From the IMG/VR virus record IMGVR_UViG_3300023174_000039, positions 186,001 through 250,000 of that record: a stretch of 64,000 bases of DNA. The stretch is one strand, 5' to 3'. The translations under genes were made by a program, and so were the position numbers. Under the pieces are notes generated by a model. That model was given only the letters and a program-made list of their open reading frames with translations, made no database searches and was not told the origin of the DNA. Positions 53,055-63,231 of this stretch are shown piece after piece (position 1 is the stretch's first letter; each line of letters starts with the position of its first letter).

Positions 53055-53778
53055 ACACATCGGAAGACACGGAGACCGCAAGGTTGCAATTTTATTTAGA
53101 GAAGTACCTGGCGAGGACCACATGTGCCTTGTGATTTATCCAGAGACTTTGCCAACACACATTCATGATTCAATCATGAAAACCTTGGAAAGTCCAGTGG
53201 GACAACAGGCCACTAACTTGGCAGATGCTTTGCACCGCGGAGTGTTACCAGATGGTCGTCCACAACTAGAAGCCTTGCATCGTGAGGGTATGATCAAGAA
53301 GATTCCTAGTAATCAAGTCATTGTGACGCCTAATGCTCAGAGCAACGTCAAGCTAGACGAACTCAACCGTATTATCAAAGAGATGGAAACAGGTGAGGCT
53401 GCTATCAATCGCTTGCGTGAAATTGACAAGAGCACCGGCCTAGTTGATCCTGCTGTAAAGCGCAAAGCTGAAGCAGAATTCAAACGTGTGCAAGAGCGTA
53501 ATGCACAACAACCCGAACCGTTGATCGCATCAACTGATGGTGCACTTGACGATAAGTCGCTTGCCATGAACATGTTGTCACAGGCCAAACGCATGGAATC
53601 TGAAGCCAAGGGCATGATTGCCGAAGCCGCAAGAATGAAAAAAGATGCTCAGCGCATGTACCCTGCTGTGAATCTAAACAACTTTACCCCGCCAGTACAA
53701 GCGCAGGCACAACCTACTACCACCGCCCCACGTCGTGGTCGTCCACCCAAGGTAGTGTCAGCTGATGCAGTTCAGTGA
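53047..53778 (+). CDS. Conserved phage hypothetical protein
   Basis: AAGGAG SD; MLKHIGRHG; ends RRGRPPK. Confidence 0.8.
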   Translation: MLKHIGRHGDRKVAILFREVPGEDHMCLVIYPETLPTHIHDSIMKTLESPVGQQATNLADALHRGVLPDGRPQLEALHREGMIKKIPSNQVIVTPNAQSNVKLDELNRIIKEMETGEAAINRLREIDKSTGLVDPAVKRKAEAEFKRVQERNAQQPEPLIASTDGALDDKSLAMNMLSQAKRMESEAKGMIAEAARMKKDAQRMYPAVNLNNFTPPVQAQAQPTTTAPRRGRPPKVVSADAVQ

Positions 53779-54067
53779 TGAGTTCCTGGCCAAGTGGGAA
53801 CACATCATTGAAGAAGTAAACAAGACTGAAATCCCACTTGAGTGCATTAAAAAAGTTGTAATTAGATTGCATGGCAAGAAACAACGGACCATCAATCTAG
53901 CTACACTAAAAAAACAAGGTCTTGACATGGACGAATTAGAAATTGTCTTGACCCGCACACTAACTGAATTTGGCGACGAAGTCAAAGACATTGACTTTGT
54001 GGTTGATGTCAGCGAAGTAGCCAAACTTTTACAACCCGAAACTGACAAACTCCTTAACGGACTATAA
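53765..54067 (+). CDS. Hypothetical protein
   Basis: 100 aa; overlaps the upstream gene. Confidence 0.72.
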   Translation: MQFSDEFLAKWEHIIEEVNKTEIPLECIKKVVIRLHGKKQRTINLATLKKQGLDMDELEIVLTRTLTEFGDEVKDIDFVVDVSEVAKLLQPETDKLLNGL

Positions 54068-54072
54068 ATAAC

Positions 54073-54744
54073 ATGGATGTTCAATTACTATCCTATTCAC
54101 AACCAACAGAGAGATTTGCAGATATGGGCATCGGCGATGCGCAGGAACTCATTGCGTATTGCGCCCGTGTCAGCAATCCCTCCAATCAGCTCAACACAGA
54201 TACATCAGACAAACTTATCAGATACTTGGTCAAGCACCAGCACTGGAGCCCACTCGAAATGGTGTCAGCCTGCATGGAAATCACCACAACAAGAGATATT
54301 GCAAGACAAATCCTTAGACACCGAAGCTTTAGTTTCCAAGAGTTCTCTCAACGCTATGCTGACCCAACGAAGGATCTCAGCTTTGTTACAAGAGAAGCTA
54401 GACTGCAAGACACAAAGAATAGACAAAACAGTGTAGAGACAGAAGACGTGTTGTTACAGAACGAATGGTTCCGTGCGCAACAACGAGTTATCTATGCTGC
54501 CAAACGTGAATACGAATGGGCAATTAAAAATGGTATTGCCAAAGAACAAGCCAGAGCTGTGTTACCTGAAGGTCTAATTGAGAGCCGCCTTTACATGAAC
54601 GGCACCTTGCGTTCATGGATTCACTTTATTGAACTGCGCAGTGCCAATGGCACACAAAAAGAACACCAAGAGATTGCAAGAGCATGTGCTCAAGCTATTA
54701 CAGCAATCTTTCCAATGGCAGCCGACTTGGTTGCCCAAGACTAA
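54073..54744 (+). CDS. thyX: FAD-dependent thymidylate synthase
   Basis: HWSPLE, RQILRHRSFSFQEFSQRY, EQARAVLP, AQ/TQKEH. Confidence 0.96.
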   Translation: MDVQLLSYSQPTERFADMGIGDAQELIAYCARVSNPSNQLNTDTSDKLIRYLVKHQHWSPLEMVSACMEITTTRDIARQILRHRSFSFQEFSQRYADPTKDLSFVTREARLQDTKNRQNSVETEDVLLQNEWFRAQQRVIYAAKREYEWAIKNGIAKEQARAVLPEGLIESRLYMNGTLRSWIHFIELRSANGTQKEHQEIARACAQAITAIFPMAADLVAQD

Positions 54745-54764
54745 TCCTCGTGCTATACTAGCAT

Positions 54765-55094
54765 ATGGCAATAACAAACAGACCCGAATCTGACTACAAA
54801 CACTGGCAACCTGAACGAGTCGAAGTCATCGGTGATCGTGCTGTGCAGTTTAGTGATATATGTGTACACGAGTTCACCATGGGTGATGTTGAAGATCCAG
54901 AACTATATGCCGCACAGCCGCTATGGGAATGGCAAGAGTCCGAAGCAGGCAAGTGGGTTATGGAGCATGCTGTTGAAAAACCTTATTGGATACAGTCGTT
55001 AGATTATAATTCATGGGGGCATAGATTCAAAGTTATGGCACGTATGAGCAAGCAAGACCAAACTTTTTGGACATTGAAATGGGGCAACAAATGA
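54765..55094 (+). CDS. Hypothetical protein
   Basis: MGDVEDPELYAAQPLWEWQ. Confidence 0.72.
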   Translation: MAITNRPESDYKHWQPERVEVIGDRAVQFSDICVHEFTMGDVEDPELYAAQPLWEWQESEAGKWVMEHAVEKPYWIQSLDYNSWGHRFKVMARMSKQDQTFWTLKWGNK

Positions 55095-56059
55095 AAATAT
55101 TAGTAACAGGTGGCTTGGGACTTATCGGTCACAATGTTGTACAACGATTAGAAGCCAAAGAACACGAAGTAATCATCACAGATACTCGTACCAACTACGG
55201 CATTATTCCGCAGGCAGAACTTGACTACTTGATGGCGGAACGGTTAAAAAAGATATCAGGCAAAAATATCTATCATGTTGATATTACTGATGCTGACAAC
55301 TTTGATTGGCTAGTGAACAAGCACAAGCCCGAAGTAATCATTCACATGGCAAGTTTTCCCCGACAGAAAGTTGTCAACGCCAACCCTGCTTGGGGCAGTC
55401 GTGTTATGATGGAAGGCTTGATCAACGTTTGTGAGAGTGCCAAAAAACACGGTGTAGAACGTGTTGTGTACATTTCAAGTTCAATGGTATATGGCGACTT
55501 TGAAGATCAAGTCGAAGAAGACTACGACTGTAAACCCATTGGCCAATATGGCATTATGAAATTAACTGGAGAAGACATTGTCAAAGACTACCATCGTCGC
55601 GGTGCTTTCGATTATGCTGTTATTAGGCCTAGTGCTGTATACGGCCCCTTGGATGTGGAAGACCGAGTCGTGGCAAAATTTATGCTCGGCGCCATGCGAG
55701 GAGGCGTTCTCCGAGTTAATGGGGCAGGGGAGACGCTAGACTTTACCTATGTGGATGATGCCGCAGACGGCATTGTGGCGGCAGCTACTCGTATCATGGC
55801 TCGTAATAGCACTTATAACATTACCAAATCACATTCAGTGAGCTTGTTAGAAGCCGCAGAAATGATTGTTAAAATTGTTGGCAAGGGTACCATTGAGTGC
55901 AAAGACAAAGACGCAGACTTTCCGTCACGTGGAGCACTAAACATTGACCGTGCTAGAACAATTCTAGGTTATGATCCCAAAGTGGATGTACAAGAAGGAT
56001 TCCAAAATTACTTCAACTGGCTTAACAATTCCGTTTACTGGTCTAAAAAAGCAGTATAA
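55091..56059 (+). CDS. NAD-dependent epimerase/dehydratase
   Basis: VTGGLGLIG, SSSMVYG, YGIMK, RPSAVYGP, DFTYVDD. Confidence 0.92.
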   Translation: MKILVTGGLGLIGHNVVQRLEAKEHEVIITDTRTNYGIIPQAELDYLMAERLKKISGKNIYHVDITDADNFDWLVNKHKPEVIIHMASFPRQKVVNANPAWGSRVMMEGLINVCESAKKHGVERVVYISSSMVYGDFEDQVEEDYDCKPIGQYGIMKLTGEDIVKDYHRRGAFDYAVIRPSAVYGPLDVEDRVVAKFMLGAMRGGVLRVNGAGETLDFTYVDDAADGIVAAATRIMARNSTYNITKSHSVSLLEAAEMIVKIVGKGTIECKDKDADFPSRGALNIDRARTILGYDPKVDVQEGFQNYFNWLNNSVYWSKKAV

Positions 56060-57119
56060 CAATCTCCGCACAGAGATTTTAGACGCCACTGACGAAGTTC
56101 TTCGCAGTGGTCAACTCATGAACGGCAACAACACCGTTGAGTTTGAAGCATGGCTTGCAAAACGCAATCATGTACGTTATGCAGTAACTTGTCATTCAGG
56201 CACACATGCACTTGAAATTCTAGCCAGTTACTGGGCAACATGCGACCGTCTTGCACCACATCCTCCTACTGTGTTAATACCCTCAATGACTTATGTGGCC
56301 ACTGCCAATGCATTTATACGTGCAGGCTGGGATATACACATCATTGACACAGACATACACGGCCTAATAGATGTCAACAAAATACCCGAAAATTTAAGTT
56401 ACCAGGCCATTGTAATGGTTGGCTTGTATGGTGCGGCTGTAACACATCACGGCAATGTTCGTGCCTGGAACCAATGGCTACATCGTGATACCATTATAAT
56501 TGAAGATGCCGCACAACATTGGTTGGCAGCAGGTAGCGCCAGGACTGGTCGTGGTGGCGCTGCCATCAGTTTTGATCCCATGAAGAACTTGGCTTGTTAT
56601 GGCAATGGTGGTGCTGTGGTTACAGACAATCTGGATCTAGCAGAATATGCAAGGGCCTGGCGTGACAACGGTAAACCTACGCATCGTAATCCTGGAACTA
56701 ACAGCCGCATGAGTGAACTAGACTGTGCTCATATGTTGGTCAAAGCAAAGCACATTGATCAGTGGCAGGCACGTAGACAAAGTATTGCCGATCACTGGTG
56801 TGAAAGATTTAAAAATGCAAACATACGCTGTTTGATCAACGACTCAAATGCACACAACCATGCTGTGCATAAGTTTGTGATAGATGCTGATGGTCGAGAT
56901 ACACTAAAGGCCAATCTCTCTCTGCGCAAAATTGATACACGAGTGCATTATGCAAATCCCTTGCATGAAATGAGTTTGTATCGTGCATATCCAGGTCCTG
57001 ATATGCTGGCCGCAAGTTCTAGTCTTGCTCGTCGTGTGCTAAGTCTGCCTATCTATCCTGAACTAACAGACCTAGAAGTTGAATACATCAGCGATCAGGT
57101 GTTAGACTGCGTCGCATAA
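55971..57119 (+). CDS. DegT/DnrJ/EryC1/StrS aminotransferase; start uncertain
   Basis: HSGTHAL, EDAAQ, SFDPMKNLACYGNGGAVVT, LSLPIYP. Confidence 0.9.
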   Translation: MIPKWMYKKDSKITSTGLTIPFTGLKKQYNNLRTEILDATDEVLRSGQLMNGNNTVEFEAWLAKRNHVRYAVTCHSGTHALEILASYWATCDRLAPHPPTVLIPSMTYVATANAFIRAGWDIHIIDTDIHGLIDVNKIPENLSYQAIVMVGLYGAAVTHHGNVRAWNQWLHRDTIIIEDAAQHWLAAGSARTGRGGAAISFDPMKNLACYGNGGAVVTDNLDLAEYARAWRDNGKPTHRNPGTNSRMSELDCAHMLVKAKHIDQWQARRQSIADHWCERFKNANIRCLINDSNAHNHAVHKFVIDADGRDTLKANLSLRKIDTRVHYANPLHEMSLYRAYPGPDMLAASSSLARRVLSLPIYPELTDLEVEYISDQVLDCVA

Positions 57120-60100
57120 ACGCATAACTAGCTAACCACTCCCATTCATAGCTCTTTTTAAGAGCCGTAAAATCTCCGCCCACTTCTTCATAGTACTCTA
57201 CAGCATCCTCTGCGCCAAAGCGACTCCACTCTGCGTTCTTGACTTCTCCTGTATCGCTGAGCCACAGGTTGAGTCGGTACTCGTTTTCTACATCTGGTAA
57301 ACTGTGTTTGAGCTTGAGTACTTCACGGAATGCTGTGCGCCAGGCCATCCAAGGTGTTTCGGTGTAGTTGGCTGTGCCACTTATGATTGGAACCACTTCG
57401 TGTGGTTGGTCCATGGTAAAGTCTAGACCTGTTCCTGCATTTTCCAAAGTCATCTGTCGGTTGTAAGCAATCATGGCCTGGTGGCCATATACCAATCCAT
57501 TTACGGGATTGTGTGCGTGGAAGATGTAATGTTTGGGCTGTTGCATACGGTCAGGTTGCCATGTCCAATCAAATCTATGATCAACTTCTAGCTTGGCAAA
57601 CACCGCAAAGAACCATGGTGTTGTGCTTAATCTAGCGGCTGCTTGATATGCTGCCACACGACCATTTACTCCTTTTGAGTGATGTATGTGATTGCAATCC
57701 AAGCCTTCCATCTGCACTGCCCACACCAGGTGTTGGTAGTTAAACTCAGCATAAGGCTCGCCATTTGAAATAAACACAATGTCTAACGGATGCTCCTTGA
57801 GCATGCGTTGAGTTTTATCAATGTAAGGATAATCGTATAACTGCGTCTTGATGTAAGGTACAGCCGCTTGTGGTACAATCACAGTACTGGCACCCGAGCT
57901 CAATGGCACAATGGTCTTGCTACGATCACGCCATAAACTCACTGTATGTAAACGATGATCCGCATAATCTACTGTGGTAAACATTGTGAGTGGTGCAGTC
58001 CATACATGATTACGCACAACATCCACATGTGAGTCTTCGGTGTGTTGCACTATAGGCATTGGCCAACGAGGTACTGTCTGATCGTTACAGTAGTTCACCG
58101 TCTCAAACCAATCTAACAACTCAAGCTCGGCAATTTTGGCCTGCAATGCTTTTACTGGCACAAAGAATGTGTCTCCAAACTTTTGCTCATTGCTGGGGAA
58201 TACATGCAACATGTCTCGTTGCCAGGCTTCGGGTTGCCAAGAGAAGTCAAATGCAGTGTAATCACACACTGAACCAACCACCCACACATGATCATCTGCA
58301 ACACCATCCAGCAGTCGCTTGAGTGTGTCAAGATAGTTGTCAAAGTAACGTGCTTTCTTGACCACACGATACCGTTGTTCAAGATTGGCAATAACTGTTG
58401 CGCTTTCTTTGTTGCCAAAGTCCACAACATAGATGTCGTGTGCGTCAGCTGGCGCATGTATGCGTTGGTCAGTAACAAAGTTCAAGTTGGGAAACTCTTC
58501 TATGTTCTTGGCCCACTTGGCATGACGTTCAAACTCCCAACGGTTGATTAGGAATGTATCCGACCACTTGTTCCACTGTGATCCAAACACATGTGTCATT
58601 GAACTTTGCCAAGGTTGGGCATGCCAGGCAAAGTCAAACTCTGTGTAGTCGTTCTCACTGCCAATAACCCAGAAACGATTCTGTTTGGTCTTGTTCAAGC
58701 AACGTTTGATAGTGTCTTGTATGCTGTTGACATAACGAATCTTCTGTATGTGCGGATAACGTTCTTGCAGTTGTTTGAAACGCACCGTGCTCAGTGCATT
58801 AGATCGATCCATGTAAAAGATATCTTGTACTTGTACCGCTTTCTTCTCTTTTTGTATAAGCGGGGCGTCGCCGGCAAATTTCAATTCAGACGCACCGGGT
58901 ACTGTGTAGGTAAGTCCAATACTCATTTGATACTCACTGCCAAAGTGATGTATGTATGGCTCGTCTTTGGGATGCGGGTGCCAGGAAAAATCTACATTGG
59001 TTGCGTTGATCTCTTCAGGAATATTCCAGCGATCCATAACTGGCAACAGTCTAGCTCTTACAGAATCAACAAACTTGCGCTCAGTTGCACCTGGTACATG
59101 ATATTCAATCGTGCTCATTTCTTCAGCTGGATGCCATTGATTACCAAACACATAGATAAATGGAGGGTCGCCCGGATCAGGAACCCAACTGCGATCAAAC
59201 TCAAATGGAACTGTGGCTGTGACTATCCACTGATCATGTGCCAACAATTTTGCCACAGGCTCGTTCATGAACTTGCGTTCTGTGGCTCCTGCAACTGTGT
59301 ATTCCACTGTGGGCATGATTTCTGCTGGCCAGTGTTGATTACCAAACACATAGACAAATGGAGGTGATCCTGGATCTGGTTCCCATGAGTAGTCAAACTC
59401 ACAGGGGTGGTGTGTGGTAAACAGTTCAGGATTGCCCACACGCAACGCACGAGGTTCACTCATGTACTTGATTGTGGTAGCAGTTGCCACACGATATTGC
59501 AATGCCGGACGTTGTTCAGGTGTGAGCCATTGATTACCAAACACATAGATGTATTCTGGATCTGTGGGATTTGGCCTCCAGGAATAATCAAACGATTCAA
59601 CATTGTCAAGTATTTCAAAATCTGCTGGACTCTGTGCCACAGTGGCAATCAAGTCATCCACATACTTGATTTCAGTGGCGCCAGACACTGTGTAAACCAC
59701 AGTGGCTTCTAACACAGCAGGATTCCATTGATTACCAAACACATAGATAAATGGCGGATCAAACGGATTGGGTTCCCAAGAATAGTCAAATTTGCTCACT
59801 GCAATGTTGTGTTTGAACAAGCTGGGTTGCGGCAATCGTGTGGTACGTGCTTCCTGGTACTTGACTTCTGTCGCGCCCGCTACTACATATCTTACACTGG
59901 CTTTGTACTCTGCTGGGTTCCATTGATTGCCCCAAACATAGATATAAGGGGGATCTTTGGGATTAGGCACCCAGGTCCAGTCCCATGCAGATTCGTCTAT
60001 GGGTTCTAGTATTTCCCACCCAATTCTAGACTCTGCAAGTGTTGCAACTGGCAAGTCTACAAACTTTTCTTTTGTTGCCCCGGGCATGACATACCGTACA

Positions 60101-63100
60101 GTGGGCATGACCGTGCCGGGGTAGTGTTGGTTGCCAAACACATAGATATACAACTCTTCGGTGTTGCTGGGATGCCATGAGTAATCAAAATTGTCAATAG
60201 ACTCTAGCACTTGCCAATTTTCCATTGCCGGCAAACGTTGAGCCACTATGGGAACATATTTTATTTTTTCCGCTCCGGGCACATGATACACAGGGCCGCC
60301 ATTGCTTTGCCATTGTGTAGCAAATTTGTATATGTAAGGTTCTTCAGTGTTGTCCGGATGCCACGAGTAATCAAATGCCTCAACGGGATACGGCACAGTC
60401 CAATGTGTGCTGTCTGGAGTTCTACGATGTGCTTGCTCAGTGTATTTGGTTTCTGTAGCGCCAGGAACAACATATCGTGCACCGCCGTTGTGCTGCCATT
60501 GTGTGGCAAATTCGTATATGTAGGGAGGATCTTGTGGATCAGGTACCCAGGCATAGTTCACACTGTCTTGCGACACTTGGTCAGGTATCTCCCAATTGTC
60601 TGAACAGGCAGCCAATTTTACTGTGCCCGACATGTACTTGCGTTCAGTTGCACCTGGTACACGATATTCAATTGTGGGCATCTTTTCAGCTGGCCAGTAA
60701 TTGTTGCCCCACACATAGATGTAGGCAGGATCTTTAGGGTGTGGTTGCCAAGACCAATTGAAACTTTTGTTATCAATGGGGTGTAACACATGCCAATTTT
60801 TTGTGGTGCCCCGAAGTTGTGCTTTGGGCTCTGCAACATACTTACGATCAGTGGCACCATTTACTTTGTACACTGGCCCACCTTCGTCGTACCATTGTGT
60901 ACCAAACTCATAGATGTATGCAGGATCTAGCACATCCGGATGCCAACTATAATCAAAGTATACAACGTTGTCAGTATTAGTCCAAGCAGTGTCATTGCCT
61001 TCTGCACGAACTTTAAATGCATCAGTAAGTTTGACTTTGGTGGCACCGGGCACAGTGTATGTTACACCGCTGGCTGTTTGCCATTGGCTTGCAAAGTGAT
61101 ATATGTAAGGCGGTGCGAATGGATCAGGTTGCCATGAATAATCCACACTGTTTGTTGCAATATATGCTGGCACTGACCAATTGTCTTTTTTAGGCAATGG
61201 TTTGACCCTAAACGCATCCACTAACTTGATCTCAGCGGCACCCGGTACTGTGTAAGTAACACCACTACTAGCAGACCATTGATTGGGGAAGTGATAAATG
61301 TAGGCAGTATCTAGCGGGTTAGGATGCCAGGAATAATCCACACTGGATTTTGAAACAGAGTCAGGTACAAACCAATTGTCTTTTTTAGGCAACGACTTGA
61401 CTCGGAATACATCTACCAATTTGATCTCAGTAGCGCCTGGTACTGTATATGTAACACCACTTGCTGATTGCCATTGATCTGGAAAGTGATAAATGTAAGG
61501 TGGTGCAAATGGATCAGGATGCCATGAATAGTCAACTGAGTCAGCTTTGATGTTAGCAGGAACACTCCAATTGTCTTTGTTAGATACTGATTTGACTTGA
61601 AACGCATCCACTAACTTGATCTCAGTGGCACCTGGTACTGTATATGTAACACCACTTGCGGGTTGCCATTGATCTGGAAAGTGATATATGTAAGGCGGTG
61701 CCAACGGATCTGGTTGCCAGGAATAATCCACACTATCAGAGATAACACTGTTGGGTACTGACCAATTTGTTTGATCAGGTAAGGGCTTGACACAGAATGC
61801 ATCCACTAACTTGATCTCAGTGGCACCTGGTACTATGTATGTTACACCACTGCTGGCTGACCATTGATTGGGAAAGTGATAAATGTAGGCAGTATCTAAC
61901 GGGTTTGGATACCATGAATAATCCACGCTAGACTCTACCACAGTAGGTGGTACAGTCCAATTGACTTTGTTAGGTAAGTGATTGACACAGAATGCATCCA
62001 CTAACTTGATCTCGGTAGCACCTGGTACTGTGTATGTTACACCACTTGCTGATTGGTACTGACTTGGGAAGTGATAAATGTAGGGTGGATCTAGCAGGTT
62101 AGGGTGCCACGAATAATTAACAGAGTCAACTTTGATAGTAGCAGGAACTGACCAATTGTCTTTACAGGGCAATGTGGTCACTTGAAACGCATCCACCAAC
62201 TTGATTTCAGTGGCACCAGGCACAGTGTATGTTACACCACTGGCTGATTGCCATTGATCTGGAAAGTGATAAATGTAAGGTGGTGCAAATGGATCAGGAT
62301 GCCATGAATAATCCACGCTGGCAGTAGCGACACTGTCGGGTATGAACCAATGTTGGTTACAGGGCAATGTGGTCACTTGAAACGCATCCACCAACTTGAT
62401 TTCAGTGGCGCCCGGAACGACATATGTTACCCCACTTGCGGGTTGCCATTGATCCGGGAAGTGATAAATGTAAGGCGGGTCTAGCGGGTTAGGATGCCAT
62501 GAATAATCAACGGTGGACTTTGAGACAGAGTCTGGTATTAACCAATTGTCTTTACAGGGCAATGTGGTCACTTGAAACGCATCGATTAGTTTGATCTCAG
62601 TGGCACCGGGCACAGTGTATGTTACACCACTGGCTGATTGATACTGGCTTGAAAAATGATAAATGTAAGGAGGATCCAATGGATCTGGGTGCCATGAATA
62701 GTCTACTCTGTCAAAGTTCACATGATTTGGGCATTTCCAATGTGCGTATTGTCGGGTTGCTTTAGCCTGTTGTGTATGTACCAGCTTGATACCCTGATTG
62801 CCTGTGTACACAGGACCACCGGCGCTTTGCCATTGTGTGCCAAAGTGATATTCATATGCTGGTTCACGATAGTCCGGATGCCATGAAAAATCAAAACTAT
62901 GTTGATCAATTCCTGCAGGAATCCGCCAGTTATCTACTGTAGACAATCTTGTGATAGTACGATCTACATGATAGTGTGTTTCAGTATAGCCCGCAGCAGG
63001 CACAAGATACACACCTGCATCTGCTTGATGTTGGCTAGGCCAGGCATGTCGCTGATGAGCTTGCCAAGGAACAGGCTCCCAAAGAAAATCCCACTCTCTA

Positions 63101-63231
63101 AGATCTGCTAAGTATGTGATCCACCAAAAGAACCTTGTGCGACTCAACTGCTGTGCATGCCCAATATCACTTGCTTCACGCTCATGAGCAAACAACCCTG
63201 GCTTCTTACCTGAATAAAAAATATCAAACAT
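57088..63231 (-). CDS. 2047-aa protein with 21 tandem Trp/Pro/Tyr-rich repeats flanked by GT-A-like modules
   Basis: 6.1-kb open frame. C-terminal DIVFISNGEP...AARLSTTPWFFAVFAK module resembles phage glycosyltransferase-like proteins. Confidence 0.9.
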   Translation of the reverse strand: MFDIFYSGKKPGLFAHEREASDIGHAQQLSRTRFFWWITYLADLREWDFLWEPVPWQAHQRHAWPSQHQADAGVYLVPAAGYTETHYHVDRTITRLSTVDNWRIPAGIDQHSFDFSWHPDYREPAYEYHFGTQWQSAGGPVYTGNQGIKLVHTQQAKATRQYAHWKCPNHVNFDRVDYSWHPDPLDPPYIYHFSSQYQSASGVTYTVPGATEIKLIDAFQVTTLPCKDNWLIPDSVSKSTVDYSWHPNPLDPPYIYHFPDQWQPASGVTYVVPGATEIKLVDAFQVTTLPCNQHWFIPDSVATASVDYSWHPDPFAPPYIYHFPDQWQSASGVTYTVPGATEIKLVDAFQVTTLPCKDNWSVPATIKVDSVNYSWHPNLLDPPYIYHFPSQYQSASGVTYTVPGATEIKLVDAFCVNHLPNKVNWTVPPTVVESSVDYSWYPNPLDTAYIYHFPNQWSASSGVTYIVPGATEIKLVDAFCVKPLPDQTNWSVPNSVISDSVDYSWQPDPLAPPYIYHFPDQWQPASGVTYTVPGATEIKLVDAFQVKSVSNKDNWSVPANIKADSVDYSWHPDPFAPPYIYHFPDQWQSASGVTYTVPGATEIKLVDVFRVKSLPKKDNWFVPDSVSKSSVDYSWHPNPLDTAYIYHFPNQWSASSGVTYTVPGAAEIKLVDAFRVKPLPKKDNWSVPAYIATNSVDYSWQPDPFAPPYIYHFASQWQTASGVTYTVPGATKVKLTDAFKVRAEGNDTAWTNTDNVVYFDYSWHPDVLDPAYIYEFGTQWYDEGGPVYKVNGATDRKYVAEPKAQLRGTTKNWHVLHPIDNKSFNWSWQPHPKDPAYIYVWGNNYWPAEKMPTIEYRVPGATERKYMSGTVKLAACSDNWEIPDQVSQDSVNYAWVPDPQDPPYIYEFATQWQHNGGARYVVPGATETKYTEQAHRRTPDSTHWTVPYPVEAFDYSWHPDNTEEPYIYKFATQWQSNGGPVYHVPGAEKIKYVPIVAQRLPAMENWQVLESIDNFDYSWHPSNTEELYIYVFGNQHYPGTVMPTVRYVMPGATKEKFVDLPVATLAESRIGWEILEPIDESAWDWTWVPNPKDPPYIYVWGNQWNPAEYKASVRYVVAGATEVKYQEARTTRLPQPSLFKHNIAVSKFDYSWEPNPFDPPFIYVFGNQWNPAVLEATVVYTVSGATEIKYVDDLIATVAQSPADFEILDNVESFDYSWRPNPTDPEYIYVFGNQWLTPEQRPALQYRVATATTIKYMSEPRALRVGNPELFTTHHPCEFDYSWEPDPGSPPFVYVFGNQHWPAEIMPTVEYTVAGATERKFMNEPVAKLLAHDQWIVTATVPFEFDRSWVPDPGDPPFIYVFGNQWHPAEEMSTIEYHVPGATERKFVDSVRARLLPVMDRWNIPEEINATNVDFSWHPHPKDEPYIHHFGSEYQMSIGLTYTVPGASELKFAGDAPLIQKEKKAVQVQDIFYMDRSNALSTVRFKQLQERYPHIQKIRYVNSIQDTIKRCLNKTKQNRFWVIGSENDYTEFDFAWHAQPWQSSMTHVFGSQWNKWSDTFLINRWEFERHAKWAKNIEEFPNLNFVTDQRIHAPADAHDIYVVDFGNKESATVIANLEQRYRVVKKARYFDNYLDTLKRLLDGVADDHVWVVGSVCDYTAFDFSWQPEAWQRDMLHVFPSNEQKFGDTFFVPVKALQAKIAELELLDWFETVNYCNDQTVPRWPMPIVQHTEDSHVDVVRNHVWTAPLTMFTTVDYADHRLHTVSLWRDRSKTIVPLSSGASTVIVPQAAVPYIKTQLYDYPYIDKTQRMLKEHPLDIVFISNGEPYAEFNYQHLVWAVQMEGLDCNHIHHSKGVNGRVAAYQAAARLSTTPWFFAVFAKLEVDHRFDWTWQPDRMQQPKHYIFHAHNPVNGLVYGHQAMIAYNRQMTLENAGTGLDFTMDQPHEVVPIISGTANYTETPWMAWRTAFREVLKLKHSLPDVENEYRLNLWLSDTGEVKNAEWSRFGAEDAVEYYEEVGGDFTALKKSYEWEWLASYAFMRRSLTPDR
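58825..62928 (-). repeat. 21 coding repeats of about 62-68 aa; nine near-identical 195-nt units at 60985-62739
   Basis: Consensus W.(I/V)P......(V/F)DYSW.P.P.DPPYIY.F..QW.......Y.VPGATE.K. Confidence 0.95.

Noticed and set aside
60985-62739. CRISPR array or noncoding tandem repeat
   Set aside because: The 195-nt units are in-frame coding repeats with synonymous variation; there is no constant-repeat/unique-spacer pattern.
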